DNA of 34,916 nucleotides from Pseudomonadota bacterium (GTDB taxonomy: Bacteria; Pseudomonadota; Alphaproteobacteria; Rhodobacterales; Rhodobacteraceae). Location: positions 1 through 34,916 of the forward strand of contig JBCCTH010000001.1 of the NCBI GenBank assembly GCA_039198835.1. The letters run 5' to 3'. The notes beneath the pieces are model-generated. The model saw only the letters and a list, made by a program, of their open reading frames with translations. It made no database searches and was not told the origin of the DNA. Below are positions 16,168 to 24,320 of this stretch, in pieces. Position 1 is the stretch's first letter, and the number at the start of each line of letters is the position of its first letter. The translations under genes were made by a program, and so were the position numbers.

Positions 16168-17420
16168 TGGGCGAGCGCCTCCTCGAGGGCTGAAAGCAAG
16201 ACATCCGCATGGCTCAGGTCGAACGGCATGGGCGGGCGAATTTTCAAAATATTGGCGTCCATCCCGATTTTCCCGATGAGAACGCCCCGCGCCTTGAGGG
16301 CTTCGACGAGCCAATCGGCGAGATCGCTTGCCGGGCGGTCGTCTCGCGTCAGCTCAACAGCGTAGAACTGACCGCGCCCCCTGAAATGCGCCCGGGCAGG
16401 GAAATCGAGCGCTTTAAGCCCCGAAGTGAGGATGGGCTCCATGGCAGCGGCATGCGCGATGAGGCCGTCCTCTTCGATGACGTCAAGCACAGCCGAGGCC
16501 GCCGCGCAGCTCACAGGATTGCCTCCGAACGTGTTGAAATAGCCGAATGCCTCGCGAAACGTGGCCATCACCTCAGGTCGTGCGATGCAGGCAGCCACCG
16601 GGTGACCGTTGCCCATTGGCTTGCCAAGCGTGACGACATCGGGCGCGATACCCATCCAGGAATGCGACCACATCGCGCGCCCGGTGCGCCCAAATCCCGG
16701 TTGGACCTCATCGGCAAGGAGAAGCCCGCCAGAGGCGTGGACCAAGCTTGCAACGGGTTTGAGGAAATCATCTTCAAGATCAGGCAGCCCCTCATTGGCA
16801 AAGATCGGGCACAGCATCAGCCCCGCAAAGCCGATCCCGGCTTCCTCAAGTTCGTCGATGGCGGCTTTGACATGGGCCGCGAAGGTGCGCGCCTGCGCCT
16901 CTCTCGTGCCGCCGAGCGGCGTGAGCGTCGAGGGTGCGGGCACGAGCCTGACATGATCCGGATACCCGCCGACGGGTGGACGCCGCTTTGAAAGCTGCGA
17001 CACGGCGCTTGTATTGCCGTGATAGGTTGCATCGGTGGCGATAAAGCCGCGCTTGCCGGTGACAGCCTGCGCCATGCGCAGCGCGACATCATTGGCCTCT
17101 GATCCCGTGCAGACCATGATGGCCTGGCTCAGATCGGTGTCGAAGGTGGCTGTGAGGCGTTCGACATAGCTCAGGATACCGTCGTGAAGATAGCGCGTAT
17201 GGGTGTTGAGAAGGCCGGCTTGCCGCGTGATCGCCTCGGTCACGCGCGGGTGGCAATGGCCGACATGCGGCACGTTGTTATAGCAATCCAGATAGCGTTT
17301 GCCGCATGCATCCCAGAGCCAGACGCCCTCCCCCCGGACAAGATGGAGCGGCTCTTTGTAAAAGGTCGGCACATGGGGCCCAAGCGCCCTGTGCCGCCGT
17401 GCCATCAGGGTTTCACTCAT
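16155..17420 (-). CDS. Class III PLP enzyme, AGXT2L/phospho-lyase-like
   Basis: YLDCYNNVPHVGHCHP, CTGSEANDVALR, DEVQPGFGRTG, LGKPMGNGHP, YFNTFGGNPVSCA, LKIRPP. Confidence 0.9.
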   Translation of the reverse strand: MSETLMARRHRALGPHVPTFYKEPLHLVRGEGVWLWDACGKRYLDCYNNVPHVGHCHPRVTEAITRQAGLLNTHTRYLHDGILSYVERLTATFDTDLSQAIMVCTGSEANDVALRMAQAVTGKRGFIATDATYHGNTSAVSQLSKRRPPVGGYPDHVRLVPAPSTLTPLGGTREAQARTFAAHVKAAIDELEEAGIGFAGLMLCPIFANEGLPDLEDDFLKPVASLVHASGGLLLADEVQPGFGRTGRAMWSHSWMGIAPDVVTLGKPMGNGHPVAACIARPEVMATFREAFGYFNTFGGNPVSCAAASAVLDVIEEDGLIAHAAAMEPILTSGLKALDFPARAHFRGRGQFYAVELTRDDRPASDLADWLVEALKARGVLIGKIGMDANILKIRPPMPFDLSHADVLLSALEEALAQCKS

Positions 17421-17835
17421 CGGGGATCACCTTTCCCCGTGCTGCCTTCACGGCGCCGCGCTGGGCCTTGGCGGCCAACCTTCGCCGCTTTGAGGCAAGG
17501 GTCGGTTTGGTGGGAATGCGTCGCATGGGCTTCACAGCGGCAGCAGAGATGAGATTCTTGAGGCGCTGGCGCGCGATCTCGCGGTTGCGGGCCTGGCTTC
17601 GCGTTTCTTCGACGCGGATGATGAGCGCGCCGTCCTGGGTCCAGCGTCGCCCGGCCAGCCTTTTGAGGCGCGCCTTCACCGGCGCGGAAAGATGCGGCGA
17701 CCGCTCCGCCTCAAAGCGCAACTCCACCGCCGTCGAGACCTTGTTGACGTTCTGCCCGCCCGGCCCGCTCGAGCGCTGAAAACTCTCGGTGAGCTCCCAG
17801 TCCGCCAGGGTGATATCGGGTGTGACAGAAATCAT
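17413..17835 (-). CDS. arfB: Alternative ribosome rescue factor B (peptidyl-tRNA hydrolase)
   Basis: SSGPGGQNVNKVSTAV; RSQARNR; basic tail RIPTKPTLASKRRRL. Confidence 0.95.
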   Translation of the reverse strand: MISVTPDITLADWELTESFQRSSGPGGQNVNKVSTAVELRFEAERSPHLSAPVKARLKRLAGRRWTQDGALIIRVEETRSQARNREIARQRLKNLISAAAVKPMRRIPTKPTLASKRRRLAAKAQRGAVKAARGKVIPDE

Positions 17836-17921
17836 GGCGTTCCCATATCACGCCTTGGTCGCTTCGCCACGCCTTGCTGATCGCGGCCGGATGGGTCTAG
17901 TTAGCGGTAACGGAGGTGCCC

Positions 17922-18602
17922 ATGGATCGCTCGACAGTCAACGAAATCATCACGGAGTCCGATGCGTTCATCCGGTCCCATGGTGTCCACCTTCCGCCAT
18001 TCGCGTATCTCTCTCCCGCTGAGCTGAAAACCCATGTGGCAGGCGCGCCGAGTATCCGAGATCGGTTTCTCGGCTGGGACATCACCGATTACGGCGAAGG
18101 AACCTTTGAAGAGCTGGGGCTTTTTCTGTTCACCACGCGCAATGGCCTGCAATCGAATATCGGGCGGGGCGCGGGCATGCTTTATGCCGAGAAGGTCATG
18201 ATTTCGGGCGAGCATCAGATGAGCCCGATGCACCGCCACATCACGAAGACAGAAGATATCATCAACCGGGGCGGGGGCGATCTTGTGCTTGAGCTTTTCA
18301 CCGATGCGGGCGGGCAGATCGACGAGGCGCTTCCGGTTGAGGTCGTGAGCGATGGGCGGCTTTTGACGCTCAAGGGCGGCGAGCATCTGCGCCTCAAACC
18401 CGGCGAAAGCGTGACGCTGGAGCCCCATACCTGGCATGCCTTCTGGGGCGAGGGCGGGAAGGTGCTTATCGTCGAGGTTTCGAATGTAAACGATGACAGG
18501 ACAGATAACATCTTTCGCGCGCCGATAGGGCGCTTTTCAAAGATCAATGAGGATGTCTCGCCTCTTCATCTGCTCGTTTCCGATTACGAGACGTGGCTCT
18601 GA
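17922..18602 (+). CDS. D-lyxose/D-mannose family sugar isomerase (cupin)
   Basis: RBS GGAGG; GWDITDYG, GLFLFTTRNG, YAEK, PMHRH..KTEDIINRGGG, HAFW, EVSNVNDD. Confidence 0.88.
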   Translation: MDRSTVNEIITESDAFIRSHGVHLPPFAYLSPAELKTHVAGAPSIRDRFLGWDITDYGEGTFEELGLFLFTTRNGLQSNIGRGAGMLYAEKVMISGEHQMSPMHRHITKTEDIINRGGGDLVLELFTDAGGQIDEALPVEVVSDGRLLTLKGGEHLRLKPGESVTLEPHTWHAFWGEGGKVLIVEVSNVNDDRTDNIFRAPIGRFSKINEDVSPLHLLVSDYETWL

Positions 18603-18606
18603 AGCC

Positions 18607-19647
18607 ATGACACAGACACCTTACATTCCGAGCGCCGCGCGATATGACACGATGCTCTACCGAAAATGCGGCGCATCGGGCCTCAAGCTGCCTGCGGTAT
18701 CGCTCGGCCTCTGGCACAATTTCGGCGAGGATACGCCCGACGATGTCAAACGCGCGATGTGCCGGACAGCTTTTGACGCGGGCATCACGCATTTTGACCT
18801 GGCCAATAATTACGGCCCGCCCCCAGGAAGCGCGGAGGCCTTTTTCGGGCGCTGTCTCGCCAGTGATTTTCGGGGCTATCGCGACGAGCTGATCATCAGT
18901 TCAAAAGCGGGGTATGACATGTGGCCGGGGCCCTATGGCGAATGGGGAAGTCGCAAATATCTCATCGCGTCTTGCGATGCTTCGCTCAAGCGGATGGGCC
19001 TCGACTACGTCGATATCTTTTACTCCCACCGCTTCGATCCCGATACTCCGCTTGAAGAGACCATGGGCGCGCTCGATCAGATCGTGCGCTCGGGAAAAGC
19101 GCTTTATGCGGGCATTTCCAGCTATAACTCGCAACGAACGCGCGAGGCGGCGGCGATCCTCAAAGAGTTGGGCACGCCCTGTCTGATCCATCAACCCAGT
19201 TACAATATGCTCAATCGCTGGGTGGAGACAGATGGCCTGAAAGAGACGTTGGGCGCGCTTGGCATCGGCTCCATCGCGTTCACCCCGCTCGCCCAGGGCC
19301 TGCTGACGCGGAAATATCTCGATGGCGTGCCAGAAGATAGCCGCGCCGCGCGGGGCAAATCGCTCGATCCCACGACGCTGACCGAACGGGTCGGAGAGAG
19401 CATTCGCGCGTTGACTGACATCGCCGCGGCGCGGGGGCAAACGCTCGCCCAGATGGCGATTGCCTGGGTGCTCCGCGAGGAAGGGATAACAACCGCGCTG
19501 ATCGGCGCATCGCGCCCCGAGCAAATTACAGAATGCGTGGGTGCCATCGGTAATCTGGCATTCACAGCCGAAGAGCTCGCGCAGATCGATGACGTTGCGC
19601 AAGACGAGGCGATCAACCTTTGGGCAAGGTCGTCGGAGACTGAGTAG
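18607..19647 (+). CDS. Aldo-keto reductase, L-glyceraldehyde 3-phosphate reductase (YghZ/MgrA-like)
   Basis: YRKCGASGLKLPAVSLGLWHNFG, FDLANNYGPPPGSAE, SKAGYDMWPGPYG, DIFYSHRFDPDTPLEET, IHQPSY. Confidence 0.92.
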   Translation: MTQTPYIPSAARYDTMLYRKCGASGLKLPAVSLGLWHNFGEDTPDDVKRAMCRTAFDAGITHFDLANNYGPPPGSAEAFFGRCLASDFRGYRDELIISSKAGYDMWPGPYGEWGSRKYLIASCDASLKRMGLDYVDIFYSHRFDPDTPLEETMGALDQIVRSGKALYAGISSYNSQRTREAAAILKELGTPCLIHQPSYNMLNRWVETDGLKETLGALGIGSIAFTPLAQGLLTRKYLDGVPEDSRAARGKSLDPTTLTERVGESIRALTDIAAARGQTLAQMAIAWVLREEGITTALIGASRPEQITECVGAIGNLAFTAEELAQIDDVAQDEAINLWARSSETE

Positions 19648-19747
19648 GCGCGAGGACGAGATCGAGACCCGGTTTTGATCCGGGGCCTCATGGTCAGTTC
19701 CCGCGCGCTTTCGAAGTTTCGCGAAGACGCGAGGCTGAGGCCCTGGG

Positions 19748-20881
19748 TCAAGCCTGGGGCTGCGACGGCGCGGTTTTGAGCGCGGCTTTCATTCGCTCGA
19801 GCCCCAGCTCCAGATGCGCCGCCGCGCCCCCGCCGACCCCGATGCGGATGTGGCGCGGTTGCCCGTAAGCCGAGCCGGGCAGAAGGAAGGTGCGATAGGG
19901 CGGCGCGAGGAGATGCCGGGCGAAACTTTCGCCATCGAGCCCGTTGAGGCGCGCGAGCCCGATGAGCCCTGCTTCAGGGCGGTGCCAGCTCAGCCTGGGC
20001 TCTGCGGCGACGAAAGCGTCAAGATGATCAAGGGTGGCGATGGCTTCGGCGCGCACTGCGCTGAGCTTTCGCGCATAGCGGTCTTCGCGCAGCGCAACCT
20101 CCGCGATCACCTCGCCCAGAATGTTCATGATCTCACTGGCGTTTTCGCGCAGGATCACCGCGTCCATGATCATTTCCGGATCGCGGCAGATCATCCAGCC
20201 TGTCCTGAGCCCCTGAAGCCCCAAAGCTTTTGAGACCGAGCTTGTCGTGATCCCTTTTTCATAGAGACCGGCCACCGAAGGCGGGCGAGGGCCAGCCCAT
20301 TCGAGCCCGGCATAGACCTCATCCACGAGCAGCCATGCGCCAAACCTGCGCGCGATCTCGACGATCTCCTGGAGCTCGGCTTCAGGGATCAATCGGCCCG
20401 TTGGATTGTTTGGATTTGTCAGGAAGATGAGCTTTGCGCCCCGGGCCGCGTCTTCAAGGGCGTCGAAGGGGAGCGCCCATCCCTCCCCCTCAATTCGGGG
20501 CACGCTGACACATTCCGCGCCAATGGCCTGAGCCATCACCGCGACTTGCGGCCAACCGGGGCTCTCTGTCACCACGCGGTCACCGGCGCTCAGAATCTGG
20601 CGCATCGCGAGATAATTGGCCTCCGCGGCGCCCGCTGTGATCAAAACATCATCGGCCGCGCACATACCCGAAAGACCGCTGCGCGCGATGATCTTCTCGC
20701 GCAGGGCCGGGAGGCCGAGGAAGCTCTGACCGTTCCAATCAAGCGGCAAATCCGGATCGAGATCGGCCAGGAATTCAGACAACCTTGGCGGCTCGGCGAG
20801 AGAAAACCCGATGAAGGCCTCCGGGTCCGCCGTTGTCGTCTCAAGGAGATATTCAAAGAGCCGGTGTATCTTGACTTTCAT
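19748..20881 (-). CDS. Class I/II PLP-dependent aminotransferase-like enzyme
   Basis: TNPNNPTG, LVDEVY, SVSKALGLQGLRTGW; alternative start 20899. Confidence 0.88.
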   Translation of the reverse strand: MKVKIHRLFEYLLETTTADPEAFIGFSLAEPPRLSEFLADLDPDLPLDWNGQSFLGLPALREKIIARSGLSGMCAADDVLITAGAAEANYLAMRQILSAGDRVVTESPGWPQVAVMAQAIGAECVSVPRIEGEGWALPFDALEDAARGAKLIFLTNPNNPTGRLIPEAELQEIVEIARRFGAWLLVDEVYAGLEWAGPRPPSVAGLYEKGITTSSVSKALGLQGLRTGWMICRDPEMIMDAVILRENASEIMNILGEVIAEVALREDRYARKLSAVRAEAIATLDHLDAFVAAEPRLSWHRPEAGLIGLARLNGLDGESFARHLLAPPYRTFLLPGSAYGQPRHIRIGVGGGAAAHLELGLERMKAALKTAPSQPQA

Positions 20882-20905
20882 CGCGCAAACCCCGCCCATG
20901 CCGCC

Positions 20906-21631
20906 ATGCTAAAAGGTCATCCCCGTTCGCTCACACTTCTTGATTTCGGACAGTTCCTGGTGAACGAGCCGTCGCGCATGATCCGCATAATGGGCGCGCT
21001 CGTAAAGACGGATGCCGAAGAGACCATCCTCATCGATACAGGCTTTCCCGCGAAATACGCGCGCGACAGGGCCGCCGCCGCAGAAGAAGACGGGCTGGGC
21101 AGCTTCGGTGCCTTGGTCGCCCATGGGCCCGAAAACACCATCGCGGGGCAGCTTGAGCTTCTGGGCGAAGAAAAGATCGACCTGCTCTTGATGACCCACA
21201 CCCATATCGACCATGTCGGCGGCTTGGCCGAGTTTCCTGGCGTTCCCATCGTGATCGGGGCGGGCGAGCGCGCGCTCGAAAAACCGCTTTACTTCAATGA
21301 CGCTCAGCCGATGGATTGGCCCGACGCCGAATATCGGGTGATCGATCAAGATGTCTCGATCGGGCCAGGTTTCGATCTCTACTATGTCCCTGGCCATTCA
21401 CCCGGGCTTTTCTGCGCGCGCATCGCGCTGCCGGGGGCGGGCAGGCTCCTTTACCTGGGCGATGCGATCTCGCGCGAAAGCGAACCGGGCGAAGGCTTTC
21501 CCGGCGCGTGGAACCCCGAGCTCGCAGCCCATCACGCGCGCCGCCTGATGGCGTTGGACTATGATTTCATGATCTATGGTCACGACCCTGACCAGGGCCT
21601 GCGCCTGCCTTTTGGGCGCGCAATTACCTGA
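20906..21631 (+). CDS. Metallo-beta-lactamase-fold hydrolase, N-acyl homoserine lactonase-like
   Basis: ILIDTG, THTHIDHVGG (HxHxDH), GHSPG, LYLGDA, IYGHD; start 20906 chosen to avoid overlap with the divergent gene. Confidence 0.8.
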   Translation: MLKGHPRSLTLLDFGQFLVNEPSRMIRIMGALVKTDAEETILIDTGFPAKYARDRAAAAEEDGLGSFGALVAHGPENTIAGQLELLGEEKIDLLLMTHTHIDHVGGLAEFPGVPIVIGAGERALEKPLYFNDAQPMDWPDAEYRVIDQDVSIGPGFDLYYVPGHSPGLFCARIALPGAGRLLYLGDAISRESEPGEGFPGAWNPELAAHHARRLMALDYDFMIYGHDPDQGLRLPFGRAIT

Positions 21632-22319
21632 CATCGCGCCCCTGGTTGAGAATGATCACATTCCCGCTCGCCATATCACCCCATCGCCCCGCCAAATGCG
21701 CCACCCAGGCTGCGATTTCCTCGGGTTGCATCGCGTGGCCATGGGACATCGCCGCGAGCGCCTTTGTCAGCGTCGCCTCATCGAGCACGCCGAAGAGCGG
21801 CGTCTCGGTCATGGCCGGCGCGATGGAATTGACGGCAATCTTGTCGCGCGCGTAGCGCCGGGCGAGATCTTTCGTCATCGTATCCATGGCTGCCTTCGAG
21901 GCCCGGTAATGGGGCGGATCGAAGACATCGAAGTTATAGGCGCCGTTTGAGCTGATATTGATGATCTTCTTGACGCCCGCGCGGCCCAGCATCAGCGGAA
22001 CAGCCGCTTGGCAGCAATGAAACATCGAGGAGAAATTCACCGCCATCTGCGCCTCGAATTCATCGGCGGGGATGTTGGGGAAATCTGACATGAAGCAGGT
22101 GCCAGCATTGTTGACCAAGACATCGAGCCCGCCATGGCGCGCGGCGATGCCTGCGAAAGCAAAAGCGATCGCCGCAGGATCGGTCAGATCTATCTCGATG
22201 TGTTCCGCGGCCCGCGACGGCGCGAGATCAAGCCCGATCACATGATGATCTTTTGAAAGCGCCTCGGCGATGGCTTGACCCAAACCGCCAGCGGCCCCGG
22301 TCACAACGGCTATTTTCAT
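21624..22319 (-). CDS. Short-chain dehydrogenase/reductase
   Basis: TGAAGGLG, LVNNAG, INISS, YRASK, VNSIAP. Confidence 0.92.
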   Translation of the reverse strand: MKIAVVTGAAGGLGQAIAEALSKDHHVIGLDLAPSRAAEHIEIDLTDPAAIAFAFAGIAARHGGLDVLVNNAGTCFMSDFPNIPADEFEAQMAVNFSSMFHCCQAAVPLMLGRAGVKKIINISSNGAYNFDVFDPPHYRASKAAMDTMTKDLARRYARDKIAVNSIAPAMTETPLFGVLDEATLTKALAAMSHGHAMQPEEIAAWVAHLAGRWGDMASGNVIILNQGRDVR

Positions 22320-22362
22320 GGATGCGCCTCCCCCCAAACCTTGGTCTCTCGCCGGGTCATTG

Positions 22363-22392
22363 AAAAGGGCCGCCCGGCAAAACGGACGGCCC
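22363..22392 (-). terminator. Rho-independent terminator
   Basis: Minus strand GGGCCGTCCG-ttttgc-CGGGCGGCCC-TTTT. Confidence 0.8.
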
Positions 22393-22465
22393 TTCGAAGT
22401 TTACGGAGGCAGGATCGGTTAGACCAATCGCCAGCTGGGGCGCGCAATCGGCGCCAAGGTTTGCC

Positions 22466-22522
22466 TTAGCGGCGCGCCTCCCCAGTTGTTCCGACCTCTT
22501 TCTCCAGAACCTTCATCGACAC
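22466..22522 (-). CDS. Putative 18-aa small peptide MSMKVLEKEVGTTGEARR
   Basis: GTG 7 nt after the GGAGG core of AGAAAGGAGGTGATCC; TAA at 22468-22466; below the ORF-track size cut-off. Confidence 0.5.
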   Translation of the reverse strand: MSMKVLEKEVGTTGEARR

Positions 22523-22597
22523 TGGATCACCTCCTTTCTGAATGTTTCGCCTGAGTGCTAGCAAACGGTCAGCCTCCAGAAATGTCAACGAAACTCT

Positions 22598-23248
22598 TCA
22601 GGCAAGTTCCCGCTTTTCCGCACGTCGCCGCACAAGGAAGCGAAAAGGCAAAAGCGCGATGATCGCCAACGTGATTTTCACCATCCAATCGGCGAACGCG
22701 AGGGAGACCCAGAGCGGTTCGGCGGGCCCGAAGCCCAGGATTGGGACAGGGTCTTGCGCCCAGAGCGGCAGGTTATCGGGCTCAAGGCCGTTGAGCATGC
22801 CTGAGAAGGCGATGGTGAAGAAAATCGCCGTATCGACCGAGGAGCCGATGATCGTCGATGCAAGGGGCGCGCTCCACCAGCTTTTCGCGCGCAGACGGTC
22901 GAAAATCTGCACATCGATGAGTTGCGCCGTCAGGAAGGCGATCCCGGAGCCGAGCGCGACACGGAACGTGACCAGCGGCCCAAACTCACCCATGATCTGT
23001 GTGCCCACCAACGAGCAAAAGATGCCCACGATAAAGCCGACGATCACAACCTGACGCGCCGCTGCGGGGCCGTAGAACCGGTTCATCAGATCTGTGACAA
23101 GAAAGGCGAGCGGATAGGTGAACGCCCCCCACGTTAAAAAGCCGCCCAACCAGGGCAGCCAATCGCCGACGACGAATTGTACGAGAATGTTCGAGGCCAA
23201 AACAATCATGGCCATGGCAAGAATGCCAGGAAGGTGAGTGCGGTCCAT
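22598..23248 (-). CDS. yhhQ: Queuosine precursor transporter (YhhQ/VUT family)
   Basis: ASNILVQF, TWGAFTYPLAFLVTDL, RVALGS..AFLTAQLIDV, STIIGSSVDTAIFFTIAF; multi-TM. Confidence 0.88.
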   Translation of the reverse strand: MDRTHLPGILAMAMIVLASNILVQFVVGDWLPWLGGFLTWGAFTYPLAFLVTDLMNRFYGPAAARQVVIVGFIVGIFCSLVGTQIMGEFGPLVTFRVALGSGIAFLTAQLIDVQIFDRLRAKSWWSAPLASTIIGSSVDTAIFFTIAFSGMLNGLEPDNLPLWAQDPVPILGFGPAEPLWVSLAFADWMVKITLAIIALLPFRFLVRRRAEKRELA

Positions 23249-23375
23249 TTTATGCCCGTTTTTACAAGGTTGCGGAGACTTGGCCGCCGTTTCGGGAAAA
23301 AGCGGCGAGGGCGTCGTATTGCCGCACGAAAGCAGACGCAAGGGCCTGCGTCAATAACGTTGATAAATCACGGGC

Positions 23376-24320
23376 CTATTCAGAATTCAGGATCGTCGCG
23401 CATTGGGCCGGGAGGTCGGCGAGGCGAAGTTCGCGGCGCGGCTGTGGGGCGGGCGCATTCGGGTCGCGCGGCTGAGGCGGCGGCGGATTGAGAATGCGAT
23501 CCACCCAGCTTTGCGCTTCGGCGCATCCGTCTCCGGGCGGGGGCGGGGTTTGATCGATGCAGCCGCTATCGCCGCGCGGGCAATTCAGACGCACATGGAA
23601 ATGATAGTGATGCCCCCACCAGGGCCTGATCTTGCGCAGGTAGTCCCGATTGCCCGTTTCGCGGGCACACATATCGACCTTCGCGCCGGGAAACACAAAG
23701 ATGCGCGCCACGCGCGGATCAGAGGCGGCGAGCTTGAGCACATCGCGGTGCGATTGTGTCCAACGGTCATTGGTGAAGGCTCCCGCGTTGCGGCGCATCG
23801 AGATCGATGAGATATTCTCGCGCTCCGAGACACTGAGATCGAGCCGCTGCGGCGGAAGCATCCAGATATCGATATCAAGCCCGCTTTGATGGCTGCGATG
23901 CCCGGTGAGCATCGGGCCGCCGCGCGGCTGGCTCATATCGCCGACATAGATCCCCTCCCATCCGGGCAGCCGCGCGACCCTTCGCGAAAGCTCTTTGACG
24001 TAATCGACCGTGACGGGTTGCGCCCAGTAGCGGTTGCGCGACAGCCGCATCGCCTGCCAGGTCGGACCGCTTTCAGCAAGCGCCACCGCCCCCGCCTGGC
24101 AGCCCCTTGCATAGCCACCGACGGCTTGAGGGGCTTGCGCCGATCCTTCGCGCGCGGCGCCGAAGAGCTGTTTGGCGGGTGGGCCGCTCGATGCGACGCG
24201 CGCTACCGCCGGGCTGGCCTGCGCCGCTTGTGTATCGGCGCGCTCGGAGGCGGGCCCGCAAGCCGCCAGCACCGCCAGAAGAGCCAGCGTCAGGGCGCGG
24301 GAATGGAGGCCTTTGACCAT
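23376..24320 (-). CDS. mepA: Penicillin-insensitive murein endopeptidase (lipoprotein)
   Basis: Lipobox LAAC; WQAMRLSRNR; GDMSQPRGG; HRSHQSGLDIDIW; RPWWGHHYHFHVRL. Confidence 0.92.
   Translation of the reverse strand: MVKGLHSRALTLALLAVLAACGPASERADTQAAQASPAVARVASSGPPAKQLFGAAREGSAQAPQAVGGYARGCQAGAVALAESGPTWQAMRLSRNRYWAQPVTVDYVKELSRRVARLPGWEGIYVGDMSQPRGGPMLTGHRSHQSGLDIDIWMLPPQRLDLSVSERENISSISMRRNAGAFTNDRWTQSHRDVLKLAASDPRVARIFVFPGAKVDMCARETGNRDYLRKIRPWWGHHYHFHVRLNCPRGDSGCIDQTPPPPGDGCAEAQSWVDRILNPPPPQPRDPNAPAPQPRRELRLADLPAQCATILNSE

Larger units (their letters stand above)
22363..22553 (-). ncRNA. Candidate small structured RNA or small-ORF mRNA
   Basis: TTGACA at 22588-22583 upstream; 18 nt complementary to the 16S 3' end; long stem-loop 22434-22485; own terminator. 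The 5' end is estimated. Confidence 0.5.

Noticed and set aside
20546-20905. N-terminal extension of the MBL hydrolase (likewise the track's longer starts for sctJ, sctN, sctS, trhO, the kinase, thiolase, kbl and tdh)
   Set aside because: These extensions overlap neighbouring genes or promoter regions; downstream starts fit RBS position, translational coupling or family length better.
22522-22539. 16S rRNA gene or fragment
   Set aside because: Only the terminal 18 nt match and the flanks are not rRNA-like; better explained as an extended Shine-Dalgarno on the minus strand.
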